A DNA stretch of 54,982 nt, filler included, from Stramenopiles sp. TOSAG23-3 (lineage: Eukaryota), in NCBI GenBank assembly GCA_900128585.1. It is 4 parts of 4 records of this genome, joined end to end, with 100 filler letters (N's around TTAATTAATTAA, not from the genome) between each part and the next. Parts side by side here need not be neighbours in the genome. Positions count along the whole stretch, not along the records: positions 25,466 to 50,690 come from LT642291.1; positions 50,791 to 52,836 come from LT645129.1; positions 52,937 to 54,982 come from LT645130.1; 1 more part is not named here. The stretch is one strand, 5' to 3'. Both the position numbers and the translations under genes were made by a program. The notes under the pieces are model-generated. The model searched no databases. It was not told where the DNA came from and was given only the letters and a program-made list of their open reading frames with translations. Of the stretch, positions 45,859 to 54,982 are shown piece after piece. Every line of letters starts with the position of its first letter. Position 1 is the first letter of the stretch.

Positions 45859-46250
45859 TAGGAAAAGATAGACAGAAAAGAGCGAGCGAGAGGAGAGAAG
45901 AGAATGAAGAAGGAGAGAAGAAAACAGAGGATGAAAATACAAAAATATGAATAGATAGGATAAAATATTAAATAAGTATAATATTGATATATACTAATTC
46001 CAACCCAAAAAACCGCCGGGGAGGAAGAATCATCATCATCCACGCCGCACCGACCGACGACCAGAAAAAAAGGAAGGGCGTATCTTTTTGTAATTTTTAT
46101 CCATTTCTATCTATCTTTCTTACAAAGCAACGAAATCATTAGAGCCGACATGATTTTTGTTTGTGCAAGACGAAAGGGAGCATTTAGTTTTTCAGGCGAG
46201 TGAACCATTAGCAAAGATTAGCCGTTCATTCCTTAGGAAAAGGTGGGGTA

Positions 46251-49247
46251 TTGGTTTACGAGGCTGGCTGTTGGAGGGGCATGGAGCACTTCTTAAACTC
46301 GGAGTGGCGCCTTGCAGCTGAGGCGTTCTTAAAATTGGCAGAGACGGAGCCGGAGAACCTGACCCATTTGACGAATGCGGCCTATGCTCAACTGAAACGG
46401 TCTATGTACCGACGGTCCATTAAACTTTGCGACCAAGTTCTGAAGGCGGACAAATTGTGCCTTCGGGCCTACTGCATTATTGCGGAGGCGTACGTTGGAA
46501 TGAAAAAAACGTCAAAGGCAAAGAAGAAACTTCTTGAAGGTTTGAAGGCCGTTGAAAGCGGAAATGGGAGCGCACCAATTGATGCCATGGTCGTACTACA
46601 AATGCGAACCGCGTTGGAGGAGATGGAGTCTGCGGGACCGGATTCTAAACCAAAAGCGGACCATGTGCCGCGGGCCCCTTCGAAGAAACCCGCGGCAACG
46701 GCACCGCCCAAACAGTCGAACGATAGCACGATAAAACTGAAGAAGGGCGGCGGCTCGCCGGCAGGCTCGCGGGCCGAGCTGGCGGCCAACGCGTCGGGCC
46801 AGGTGAACCACGGGACGGGGGTAAAGCAAATAGACCAAAGCATTGCTCTGGGTTACTTGCACGTAAACACTGGAAAGTACGCAGAGGCCGTGGCGGTATT
46901 CGACGCCATTCTGTCGGTGTCCAGCAACGTGTACGCGGCGCGCCTGGGGCGGGGCAGCGCGTACGCCTTGCAGGGGCAATTCAACAAAGCCATCGGAGAC
47001 TTCAACCAGGCCGTGAAGATAAAACCAAACGAAGCGGATGGGTACAAACGCCTGGGCCAAGTTCTCGGTGCGGCTGGGGAGGTGGACAAAGCAGCCATTT
47101 GCCTCGGCAAGGCAATCGAATTGTCGAAAAGCACCGACTCTGACTCGTTTCAACAACGGGCGACGATCTACCAGAAAAATGGCAACCACCGGCGCGCCTT
47201 GGTGGACTTTCGGGCTGCGGCAAAATCGAGCGGAACGCACGGGCACACGACGAACGGCAACTCGCTCGCAGTCCTATGGAACTACATCGGGCTGTGCGAG
47301 AACGCGCTGGGGAACAATTTGAAGGCCGTTCAGAGCTACAAAAAAGCAATCAAGTTCGACGGCAACTTCAAAGAGGCCTACGTGAACATGGGCCAGGCCT
47401 ACCGCGACTATGGCATGACCGCGGAGGCCCGCGGGGCATTCGAAAGCGCGATGCAGACGCACAGGAGAGTGTCGGGGGAGGGGTCGATGTACGTCCATGT
47501 TCTGCACCTTCGAGGGCTCATGCACCATGGGGAAGGGCGCTACCGCCTGGCGCTGAACGATTTCTTGGACGCACTAATCGTGCAGCCCCGCCACGTCGAG
47601 TGCCGGCTGATGGCCGGCATACTTCTTCACGGCCTGGGGCAATTCACGGAAGCCATCAAGCACTACGGCGTGCTGATAGAAAACACACTGCCGGAAACCA
47701 TCGACCAGGTCACAGCGACGGTACGGAGTGACCCATCCATTCAGGGGACCCCGGGCGTTGGCAACGACCACGGGCTCGAGACCGACGGGACAGTCGACAA
47801 GCAAGGGAACAAAGTCGCTAAGTTCGGCTCGCCCTCCATTTGGGCGTGGTACCAGCGGGAAGTCGCCATCGTGTGCCAATCGAAGCTGCTCGACCGTCCA
47901 TTTCGTGAGTTTCACTTTGGCCATTCCCTGAACCCTTTGTTCAAAGAGCTGTTGACGAAACGGTCCCCGCCGAAAGATCTCCTATCGAGCACGGCGTACA
48001 CGTACACCAGCGTTGCGGACGCATGGATTCCCGCAGACACCCCCGGTTTCTCTGCCCGCAACGTTGTCTTTCGTTGCAAGTTCGAGGGCGAGGGGGGTGG
48101 CGACCGCGCGCTCCAGGCCCTGGTGCCCGTGGCACAGCGATTGGGGAAGCTGCTGCAGTTAAAATCACCAGGCTTCCTGTCGAATCGTCGTCAGCACCTT
48201 CAGTGCGGGTTTGCGATCCTGGAAATGGCCCAGGCCCTGCGGAGGGAGTGGGCCCTGGGCGCGCCGACGGTGGTGCCGGGAGCATTCTCGTCGAAGCCGC
48301 ACGGGGCGCCGCACGAGTTCGGGTGGAGGGACCTCATGGACATTGCAGTGAAGTGGCGCCAGTTCAGCGAGCCGAATGACCCGGTGTTTTGGATTGACTA
48401 CATGACGAAAGAGGCGTTCACGGAAGGGTTTGGGCTGCAGACGCCGATGCTAACGGGCCAGTTGCGTGTACCTCGGTATTACCCATATTTCCCAAAAGCA
48501 TTCGAGGCGCTGAAAGGCCTCGTGGACCAGCAGTGCCCCTTGACCGATGGGCTGAGGGAGCAGGTGTACGCGTCGAAGACTGGCCTTGACCTGTACGGCG
48601 TGATGAAACGTGACTTTTGGGTCGTGAGCCCGTGCTACCGATTGTCGACGGTGGCTACAGGGGAAAGTACACGGCAAGTCCGCAGTGACCCGGGAAAGTA
48701 CCTGGAAGGGACCAGGCTGACAATGACGTCCAAGCCTCCGGAAGGGGTCGAGTTTACGACGCGAATGCCCGGGCTTCCCGAGCGGTACAAGGAGTACGAC
48801 GCTGAGCTACGGCACGTGTACGAACTTCTGCGGGGGCAAATGGCGAAACTGGGCGTGTCGAAGGGCGAGGAGGGAGGGAACCCCTCGCGCCTGCGCTACC
48901 CTGGCGATCTGATGCTGGCATATTTTTATTTATGGGTCACATTTGCCCCGTTGACGCGCGGGAGTGCGGCGACCGGCTACGCGGTCTTGTACGCCCTGTT
49001 TTTGGCCGCCGATATGCCCATCGGGGTGTCCCCGCCGAGCGGGGTGCAGGCTGATTTTGAAGCATTTTTGGAGCCGCGGGCGGAAACATTTATCGCGACC
49101 ATTCGAAATAAGTGGGTCAACGAAGCGTTGCAAAGCGACGGACCAGACGGCCAATGTTTGGACTGGGATAACCTTCCCCTTGTGAGTGAGACCATTACCA
49201 CCCCGCGGCAGCTCATCGAGGCCCTGAACTTTTCAAGCGGGGAATAA
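46251..49247 (+). CDS. TTC13: TPR protein of the TTC13/SRFR1 family; start uncertain (first ATG 46281)
   Basis: Many TPRs, then WRDLMDIAVKWRQFSEPNDPVFWID, EGFG..TPM..GQ..V.RYYP and PLTRGSAATG motifs. Confidence 0.85.
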   Translation: MVYEAGCWRGMEHFLNSEWRLAAEAFLKLAETEPENLTHLTNAAYAQLKRSMYRRSIKLCDQVLKADKLCLRAYCIIAEAYVGMKKTSKAKKKLLEGLKAVESGNGSAPIDAMVVLQMRTALEEMESAGPDSKPKADHVPRAPSKKPAATAPPKQSNDSTIKLKKGGGSPAGSRAELAANASGQVNHGTGVKQIDQSIALGYLHVNTGKYAEAVAVFDAILSVSSNVYAARLGRGSAYALQGQFNKAIGDFNQAVKIKPNEADGYKRLGQVLGAAGEVDKAAICLGKAIELSKSTDSDSFQQRATIYQKNGNHRRALVDFRAAAKSSGTHGHTTNGNSLAVLWNYIGLCENALGNNLKAVQSYKKAIKFDGNFKEAYVNMGQAYRDYGMTAEARGAFESAMQTHRRVSGEGSMYVHVLHLRGLMHHGEGRYRLALNDFLDALIVQPRHVECRLMAGILLHGLGQFTEAIKHYGVLIENTLPETIDQVTATVRSDPSIQGTPGVGNDHGLETDGTVDKQGNKVAKFGSPSIWAWYQREVAIVCQSKLLDRPFREFHFGHSLNPLFKELLTKRSPPKDLLSSTAYTYTSVADAWIPADTPGFSARNVVFRCKFEGEGGGDRALQALVPVAQRLGKLLQLKSPGFLSNRRQHLQCGFAILEMAQALRREWALGAPTVVPGAFSSKPHGAPHEFGWRDLMDIAVKWRQFSEPNDPVFWIDYMTKEAFTEGFGLQTPMLTGQLRVPRYYPYFPKAFEALKGLVDQQCPLTDGLREQVYASKTGLDLYGVMKRDFWVVSPCYRLSTVATGESTRQVRSDPGKYLEGTRLTMTSKPPEGVEFTTRMPGLPERYKEYDAELRHVYELLRGQMAKLGVSKGEEGGNPSRLRYPGDLMLAYFYLWVTFAPLTRGSAATGYAVLYALFLAADMPIGVSPPSGVQADFEAFLEPRAETFIATIRNKWVNEALQSDGPDGQCLDWDNLPLVSETITTPRQLIEALNFSSGE

Positions 49248-49532
49248 TAGTTTGAATATAGATCTATATTAGTGTGTCGAATATGCTCTGTTATTTTCTA
49301 TGTTATGATAAGATTATTAATCTAAAGTTATAATGACTACCTCTTGATGAATTTCCAATGTCATCCTTTCCCTTAACCTTTCTGTTTGTAATCAAGACAG
49401 AAATCAAAAGTGTAGGATACAACGTGCAAGGTAACTTATGTTTCAGATATTAACATGCGTGCTTTACAAAAATGCTGGCCGCTTGGTTCCTTGCTTTCTC
49501 GCGGTCCCTAAAAGGCCCAACATGAGAAACTA

Positions 49533-50336
49533 CTACCGCCGCCTTCGTTTCTTCTCGGTCAGGCGTTGGAGTGCGATCTCCCTGTTGTGCCTTGCACGGG
49601 CCAACTGTTCTTGGGTCGGCTTCGAAGTTGTAGACACGTTAGTTGGGGGAACAAATTCACTGTGTCGTCTTTTTCTGTCCCGTGGGGGTGATTTGTACCC
49701 TAGAAAATTGCAGGACGACATGTTCCCGTCTTTGAAGGCGCGGCGGTCCCTCGATGAGACGACGGTGCCACGGTGCCTGGCAGATGACGAGGAGGGCGCC
49801 TCGAACACCTTCTTTCGGCGCTTTCTCAACTGCTTCTTCTCCCGCACCGTTTGTTTCCACTTGTTTACCAGGTCGGCGGCCTGCTGCCGAACGTCTTCGT
49901 GCTGTACATTCCTCTTCTTGCTCGCCCATTTATTTACAATTTTGCCTATTTTCGTGGCTTCCAACGTTTCCAGCGCGATGAACGCAGAGCTTAGCTCGTC
50001 AAAAATTGCCCTCACCCTTTTCATGGCGACGCTGCGGTGGTCGTCGTCGTAGGGCGGCGATTCGATGGGGTCATCCTCGTCGCTGGGCGCGCCTCTGGCG
50101 GCGGTAGTAGCGTCGTCGTTATCGTCGTCGTCTGGGCCCTTCTCATCGTCCGCTGCGGATGGGTCTATTAAAATACCGAGCGACAGTTCCTCTAGCTCTA
50201 TTTTCAGTTCGTTGATGCTCTCCAACCGAACCACTTTCTTGCACGAAAAAATGGACGATTGCTTGTACTTTTTCAGCTTTGTCTGCTTGACCCGGTGTTG
50301 CTTCCGGTCTTCCTTACGAACCAAGAAACGATCCAT
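49533..50336 (-). CDS. TFIIS N-terminal (TND/Med26) domain protein, TCEANC2-like
   Basis: N-terminus MDRFLVR...KYKQSSI.S.KKVV, plus LEATKIGKIVNK and AADLVNKWKQ motifs. Confidence 0.75.
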   Translation of the reverse strand: MDRFLVRKEDRKQHRVKQTKLKKYKQSSIFSCKKVVRLESINELKIELEELSLGILIDPSAADDEKGPDDDDNDDATTAARGAPSDEDDPIESPPYDDDHRSVAMKRVRAIFDELSSAFIALETLEATKIGKIVNKWASKKRNVQHEDVRQQAADLVNKWKQTVREKKQLRKRRKKVFEAPSSSSARHRGTVVSSRDRRAFKDGNMSSCNFLGYKSPPRDRKRRHSEFVPPTNVSTTSKPTQEQLARARHNREIALQRLTEKKRRRR

Positions 50337-50690
50337 CGTGCAGTGTCGGACGCGGCGAAGATCCAGGGAAAGGATTCACAGACACGTGTATATAGTTGTT
50401 TTTGTATGCGAGAACGACGGCTTAGTGCCGAACGGACCGATTGGAAGGTTCAAGGATGGTATACGCCTTTGAAAGGCAAACACTATAGATTATGAAACAA
50501 TGAAAGAAAGAGACTCGCACAGAAAAGGGGGAGAGGAGGGGGGGGGGATATATGTCAACGAACTTTGTCTGCAAATAAACATGTTGCAAAACAAAAAACA
50601 AAGTACAAAGTATAAAAGTTTGAATGTGTGGTTTATGGCAAAAAAATATTGTAGTACACATATTACCTCTCTTTTCTTCTTCTTCTTCTT

Positions 50691-50790
50691 NNNNNNNNNN
50701 NNNNNNNNNNNNNNNNNNNNNNNNNNNNNNNNNNTTAATTAATTAANNNNNNNNNNNNNNNNNNNNNNNNNNNNNNNNNNNNNNNNNNNN
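50691..50790. other. Artificial contig spacer
   Basis: N44-TTAATTAATTAA-N44. Confidence 0.98.
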
Positions 50791-50869
50791 ATTGAATTTT
50801 ATAGTGAAATCTTCCCCCCACACGGGGTCTAGGGTCTTTTTTATTACTTTGGACATGCATTGCTTTTCC

Positions 50870-51716
50870 GGTAGAAGAAGGAAAACTGCGCCTCCCCAAC
50901 CGTCTTCAAATGTTCAAATAGTTGCGCAACTTCCTTTTGGCTTCCTGAAATCGTCTGCCCCGAGGGGGAGTTTTCACATCCTACACAGACTTGTGTTAGC
51001 CCCACCTCTTCTATTGCTTGGGTCACAACGGAGGCTTCCAAACCAATGACGCTCATTTGACCAGTCATGTCGTACAAAGTATCGTCCGCAGTCTCCGTTC
51101 CTTTTCTATCGACCACGACATTCTTTGAATAGAATTTGTCGATGTCGCGCTCATCGGTAATATAGTAGTGGTTGAAACCAGACGATTGAAACATAAGCTC
51201 TAAGCACTCGATCCGCCTTCTAGTTTTAAGAATAAACTGGCCAGGTCTAATTTTTTCAATCATTTTTGCTTGCACCCACTGGAACAGAATTGTCTCTTTT
51301 TCAGTTTGGGCACCGCTTGCATAGCCGGAGGCAGTTTCTCCAATGGAGTGGCCAATGACGTAGTCGGGCGACGGCAAGCGGATGTCTTCTCGTAGGATAT
51401 TTATTACTCCAATCTGATACGCTACGATCCCAATGCCCGTGTATTTTTTATCTGTCCAACATTCCCCTTTACTAGCAAACAGTTTAACCAGCTCGGTCAC
51501 TTCATTCGCAGGGTCAACCTCCTTCAAATACTTTGACAAACGAACGATCGTTTTGCGGAACGTTTTATTGTGGTATATGAGTGTCGATCCCATAGAAGCC
51601 CACTGCGAGCCAATTCCCCCAAAAATATACGCTGTGCTACTCTTCGGTGCAATCACCCTCGGAACGCGAGGGGTGTGCCGGGAAACAGCTGAGGCAGAGG
51701 CGGCAAAATTTGACAT
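50870..51716 (-). CDS. N-terminal acyltransferase (MAT/AT) domain of a type I PKS/FAS-like protein; 3'-truncated by a chimeric junction
   Basis: YIFGGIGSQWASMG, PDYVIGHSIGE (GHSxG catalytic Ser), GQMSVIGL and CENSPSGQTISG motifs. Confidence 0.85.
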
Positions 51717-52647
51717 GGGTATTTATGTACACGTTCCCGTCACCAAGCTGACCACTCGTCGTCTTTCGTTTTAGTTTGGCACAAATTAACCGGCGCAATG
51801 GGTCTTTATGGTCTCGTTCCGCACTGCTGATTTCTTATTTATTGTAGTCTTATAATATATCTATGTATTTTCATTTGATCTTGATGAGTTGCAATTACTT
51901 TTTCAGTTGTTGAAAACACTTGTCTGTTTTTTTATAATAGTAGAAGAAACGAAGAAGAAGAAACTACTAGTCGGTCTAATTTAATTGTGGTGATTAGAAA
52001 AGACTTAGTTGTTGTGTACCTGTATTATTAATAATTAAAAAAAGAAAGGGAAGCATTCTGGGTATAATATTATAGTGTCTATTTAATTTAAAAACTTTAT
52101 TATTTGATGTGACGATGTGACGATGCAATAAATCGGAAATAACCCTAACCCCACCCCAATCTATGAAATCAGAACTTCACCTATTATAACCCTAATCATA
52201 ACTATAATACAACGTATAAATAGTAAAAAAGATGGAGGAAGAAGAAGAACAAAAACAAAAACAAAACAAAAAAAAGAAGAAAAAGATTTAAAAATAGCAT
52301 TGACTTTCGTATATAAACGTCTCTCTGTTATTCTCTCATATTTAAAAAAAAAATGGTTTTTTTGTTGTTGTTTGGTTGTTGTTAGTCGTCTATTATTATT
52401 ACGGTACAGGTACGGTACTTCTTCTACTAATCATACAAAAAAAAGAAAAGTGCTGCTGATGATTCCTTCTTCTATATATATATTCCTTCTTTTTTGTTGT
52501 TGATATTCTTCTTCTCCCGAATGTTTTATATAGCAACGAAATCATGGAATTAATCACGGCGTGCGATCTAAATTGAAGTGAGATACCAGAAATATTAGCG
52601 CGTTTACGTTCTTTTGATATGCAAACAAACACGTTTATCGTTACACA

Positions 52648-52836
52648 ATGTCGATCCCAACCTATACGCTAAACTTTACTCTAGACTCTGCCAGTGGCCT
52701 CAAGAAGGCAGATACGTTTGGGAAATCAGACCCGTACTGCATAGTGAAAGTGAACGGGGAAAAGCAATGCATGTCCAAAGTAATAAAAAAGACCCTAGAC
52801 CCCGTGTGGGGGGAAGATTTCACTATAAAATTCAAT
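52648..52836 (+). CDS. C2-domain protein, N-terminal fragment (contig end)
   Basis: SASGLKKADTFGKSDPYC.V...SKVIKKTLDPVWGEDF. Confidence 0.9.
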
Positions 52837-52936
52837 NNNNNNNNNNNNNNNNNNNNNNNNNNNNNNNNNNNNNNNNNNNNTTAATTAATTAANNNNNNNN
52901 NNNNNNNNNNNNNNNNNNNNNNNNNNNNNNNNNNNN
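52837..52936. other. Artificial contig spacer
   Basis: N44-TTAATTAATTAA-N44. Confidence 0.98.
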
Positions 52937-54982
52937 GTTTCACAACGTCATTGTAATCGTAAAGACCTTGTGCTTCTGGGTCAACGGGGAAACGAAAAAC
53001 GTACGACTGCGGGTCCATCATCAAAATCTTTAACACTTTGATTCCTTGGGATATTTTTAACTTTTTCGGCGGCTCTGCCATCACATATACACCGCCCCGG
53101 GATTCTTTGTTGGGGGCACTTATGGTTGCATGGAATCCACCGAATTTTCGTTTGACTCTAACGGTGATGCCGGAGATGTACCCAGAGACGTTCTCTTCTG
53201 TTTCCATCAACTCGTCCGTCATGGATAAAACGCCAAGGTCTTCCTCGTCGTCGTCGTCCGAGGAGGAAGGCACCTCTTCCACGGAAGGGCGCTCCTTGAT
53301 GCCTTCATCGTCATCTTCGTCGTCTGAGTATCCATATACACCCCAAGATTTTCCGGGGCCTTTCGGCTTGGGGCAAGCGTTGGAAGTTTTCTTGTTTCTC
53401 CGCCTCCTTGAATTTTCAATTAAATCAATCCAGAAAGTGGCCAACTGCTTTTGATCGATGCTTTTGTCGGGAGATCCTCGTACTTTCAGTTCTATCAAAA
53501 TCTCCATTATGGATTCCGTGTCGGAGTGAACTTTCCCTTCCGATCGACTGTTTCTAACCGATCTAACGAGTTCACCAACTTCTACAAGAAATTCCCTGGT
53601 CTGGTCCAAGTTGACCGTTTCTAACTTGCCGTCACGGACAAACTTCATCAACCTGTCAACGGGCTTTGGCCCCAAAATTTTCTCCCAGAAATTCTCGTCC
53701 CCAAAATTCACTTTGCCGTCTTCCGTTGAGGCCATGAAGGACGCTTTGGACAACGACAACGACGGGACAGGTTGCGACACTCCCCCATTTAAACTGCTGC
53801 CCGCAGTTTTCTTGTCGCTGTCATAGCGGATAGTCGTACATTTTGCAAGCAATTGGTCGATCGTGGCTTCTGTAAATTGATTCGCGGAGCTGTCGTCGTC
53901 CTTGTCCAATATAGCGTAGGCACCATAACGAAGGAGCATCTCAACCTCATCTTTATCCATCGTCAAGAGCGACATCATCCCGCCGCCACCCCCCCTGTTG
54001 TCGCTGATGGTAGCTTCTCCGCCCTCGAGCGTCCCGTGCTTAAACACGGCAGTGGAAAGTCCTAACTTTTTCGATGACTTGGCGAACATTTCCGCCTCGT
54101 ACGTCTTTGTGGTAATCAACCGATAAACCCGGACCGGCTTTGTCTGCCCAATTCGGTGGGCCCGGGCTTGAGCCTGGAGATCATTTTGGGGGTTCCAGTC
54201 ACTGTCGTACAAGATTACAGTGTCTGCCGACTGTAAATTCAGACCCACCCCGCCTGCTTTGGTGGATAACAGAAATGCAAACGTGTCTTCGTCGGCGGAG
54301 AACCGATCTATGGCTTTCTGCCTTTCGTTCCCCCGCACCATTCCATCGAGTCGTTCGTACTTCATTTCATGGTACTCCAACAAGAGACCAATCAGAGTAA
54401 GCATGTAGCGGAACTGAGAAAAGATTAACACCCTATGCCCCTCCGCCCGCAGCTTTGGTAGCAGTTTGTGCAACAAAATCATTTTTCCAGAGCAATGGAT
54501 CATGTGCTCAATTTCATCGGCGCGTGTGGTAACCGCTTTACCTTGTTTCGCGTTAGACCGTTGGCATTCCACAATTTCCGAGTCTTGTATGCCATCGATC
54601 ATGTACGGGTGGCAGCAGCACTTTCTCATTTCCATCTCAAGGTTTATCAGCGACGGCCCTTTCGACCGACCGGTGGAATGGGGCACTCCGCCGCCGCCCT
54701 CAGGTTTCGGTTTCACCACTGGTCCAGTAAGAATGTCACGGTTTCGTTCGAAAATGGCTCGGTAGTACTTTTTCTGTTTAATGGTGAGTTCAACGTCCAC
54801 TATGGTTTCTTCTTTTGCCGGTATACTCTTTTCGACATCTTCTTTCAGTCTCCGAAGCATATATGGTCGCAGCTCGTCGTGCAGTTCTGCCAACGTCGAC
54901 GCTTCCCGCATACTTCCAAAGCGGGAAAGAAACGTGTCTGCATCTGCAAACTTTTCTGGTTCAATAAAATGCAACAACGACC
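52937..54982 (-). CDS. CHD6-9-like SNF2 chromatin remodeller, internal fragment ending in the start of a bromodomain
   Basis: PYMLRRLKEDVEK, KEETIVDVELT..QK.YY.AI, SGKMILLHKLL, HRVLIFSQF, DSDWNPQNDLQAQARAHRIGQ and LLRYGAY motifs. The fragment ends with F..PVDP...GL.DY..VVK. Confidence 0.9.

Noticed and set aside
52139-52200. AACCCTAA telomere-like or telobox motifs (also ~18659, ~27728, ~31341)
   Set aside because: Isolated or degenerate single copies, not an array; cannot be distinguished from chance here.
50791-52836. 79-bp terminal inverted repeats suggesting a transposon or linear element
   Set aside because: The repeat is C2-domain coding sequence, truncates a gene and sits at contig ends, so a chimera or assembly artefact is far more likely.
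53360-53390. SNACPK peptide shared by the CHD ORF and the end of the acyltransferase ORF
   Set aside because: The nucleotide sequences differ, and the AT-side peptide is out-of-frame chimeric C2 sequence, so this is coincidence.

Overview
Eukaryotic, not prokaryotic, DNA. Compact, almost intron-free genes sit between AT-rich, microsatellite-laden spacers, and the gene content suggests a protist, probably a stramenopile (inference). The window holds four contigs joined by artificial 100-nt spacers (N44-TTAATTAATTAA-N44 at 25366-25465, 50691-50790, 52837-52936), so adjacency across those points is meaningless. Recognisable genes: ASCC3 helicase (5'-partial), NIPA Mg2+ transporter, lipase maturation factor (frameshifted at a G11 run), ATP6AP2-like V-ATPase accessory protein, a spliced FGase-like hydrolase, PLEKHD1-like protein, mitochondrial bL35 and uS9, DUF302, TTC13/SRFR1, TCEANC2-like protein, a PKS/FAS acyltransferase fragment, a C2-domain fragment and a CHD-type remodeller fragment with a bromodomain. 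There are also several large repeat-rich surface proteins. Highlights: (1) an exact in-frame ubiquitin-GlmS/GFAT fusion in which Ub Gly76 is joined directly to the catalytic N-terminal Cys of a bacterial-type glucosamine-6-P synthase; (2) a 1645-bp TG...CA element with perfect 22-bp TIRs and a 5-bp TSD carrying tiny virus-like ORFs; (3) a 14-repeat secretory protein ending in an HPD-less J-like domain; (4) a CinA-like/MORN/EF-hand fusion; (5) a hAT transposase relic broken by a 46-bp duplication. All family calls come from motif recognition, not database searches.
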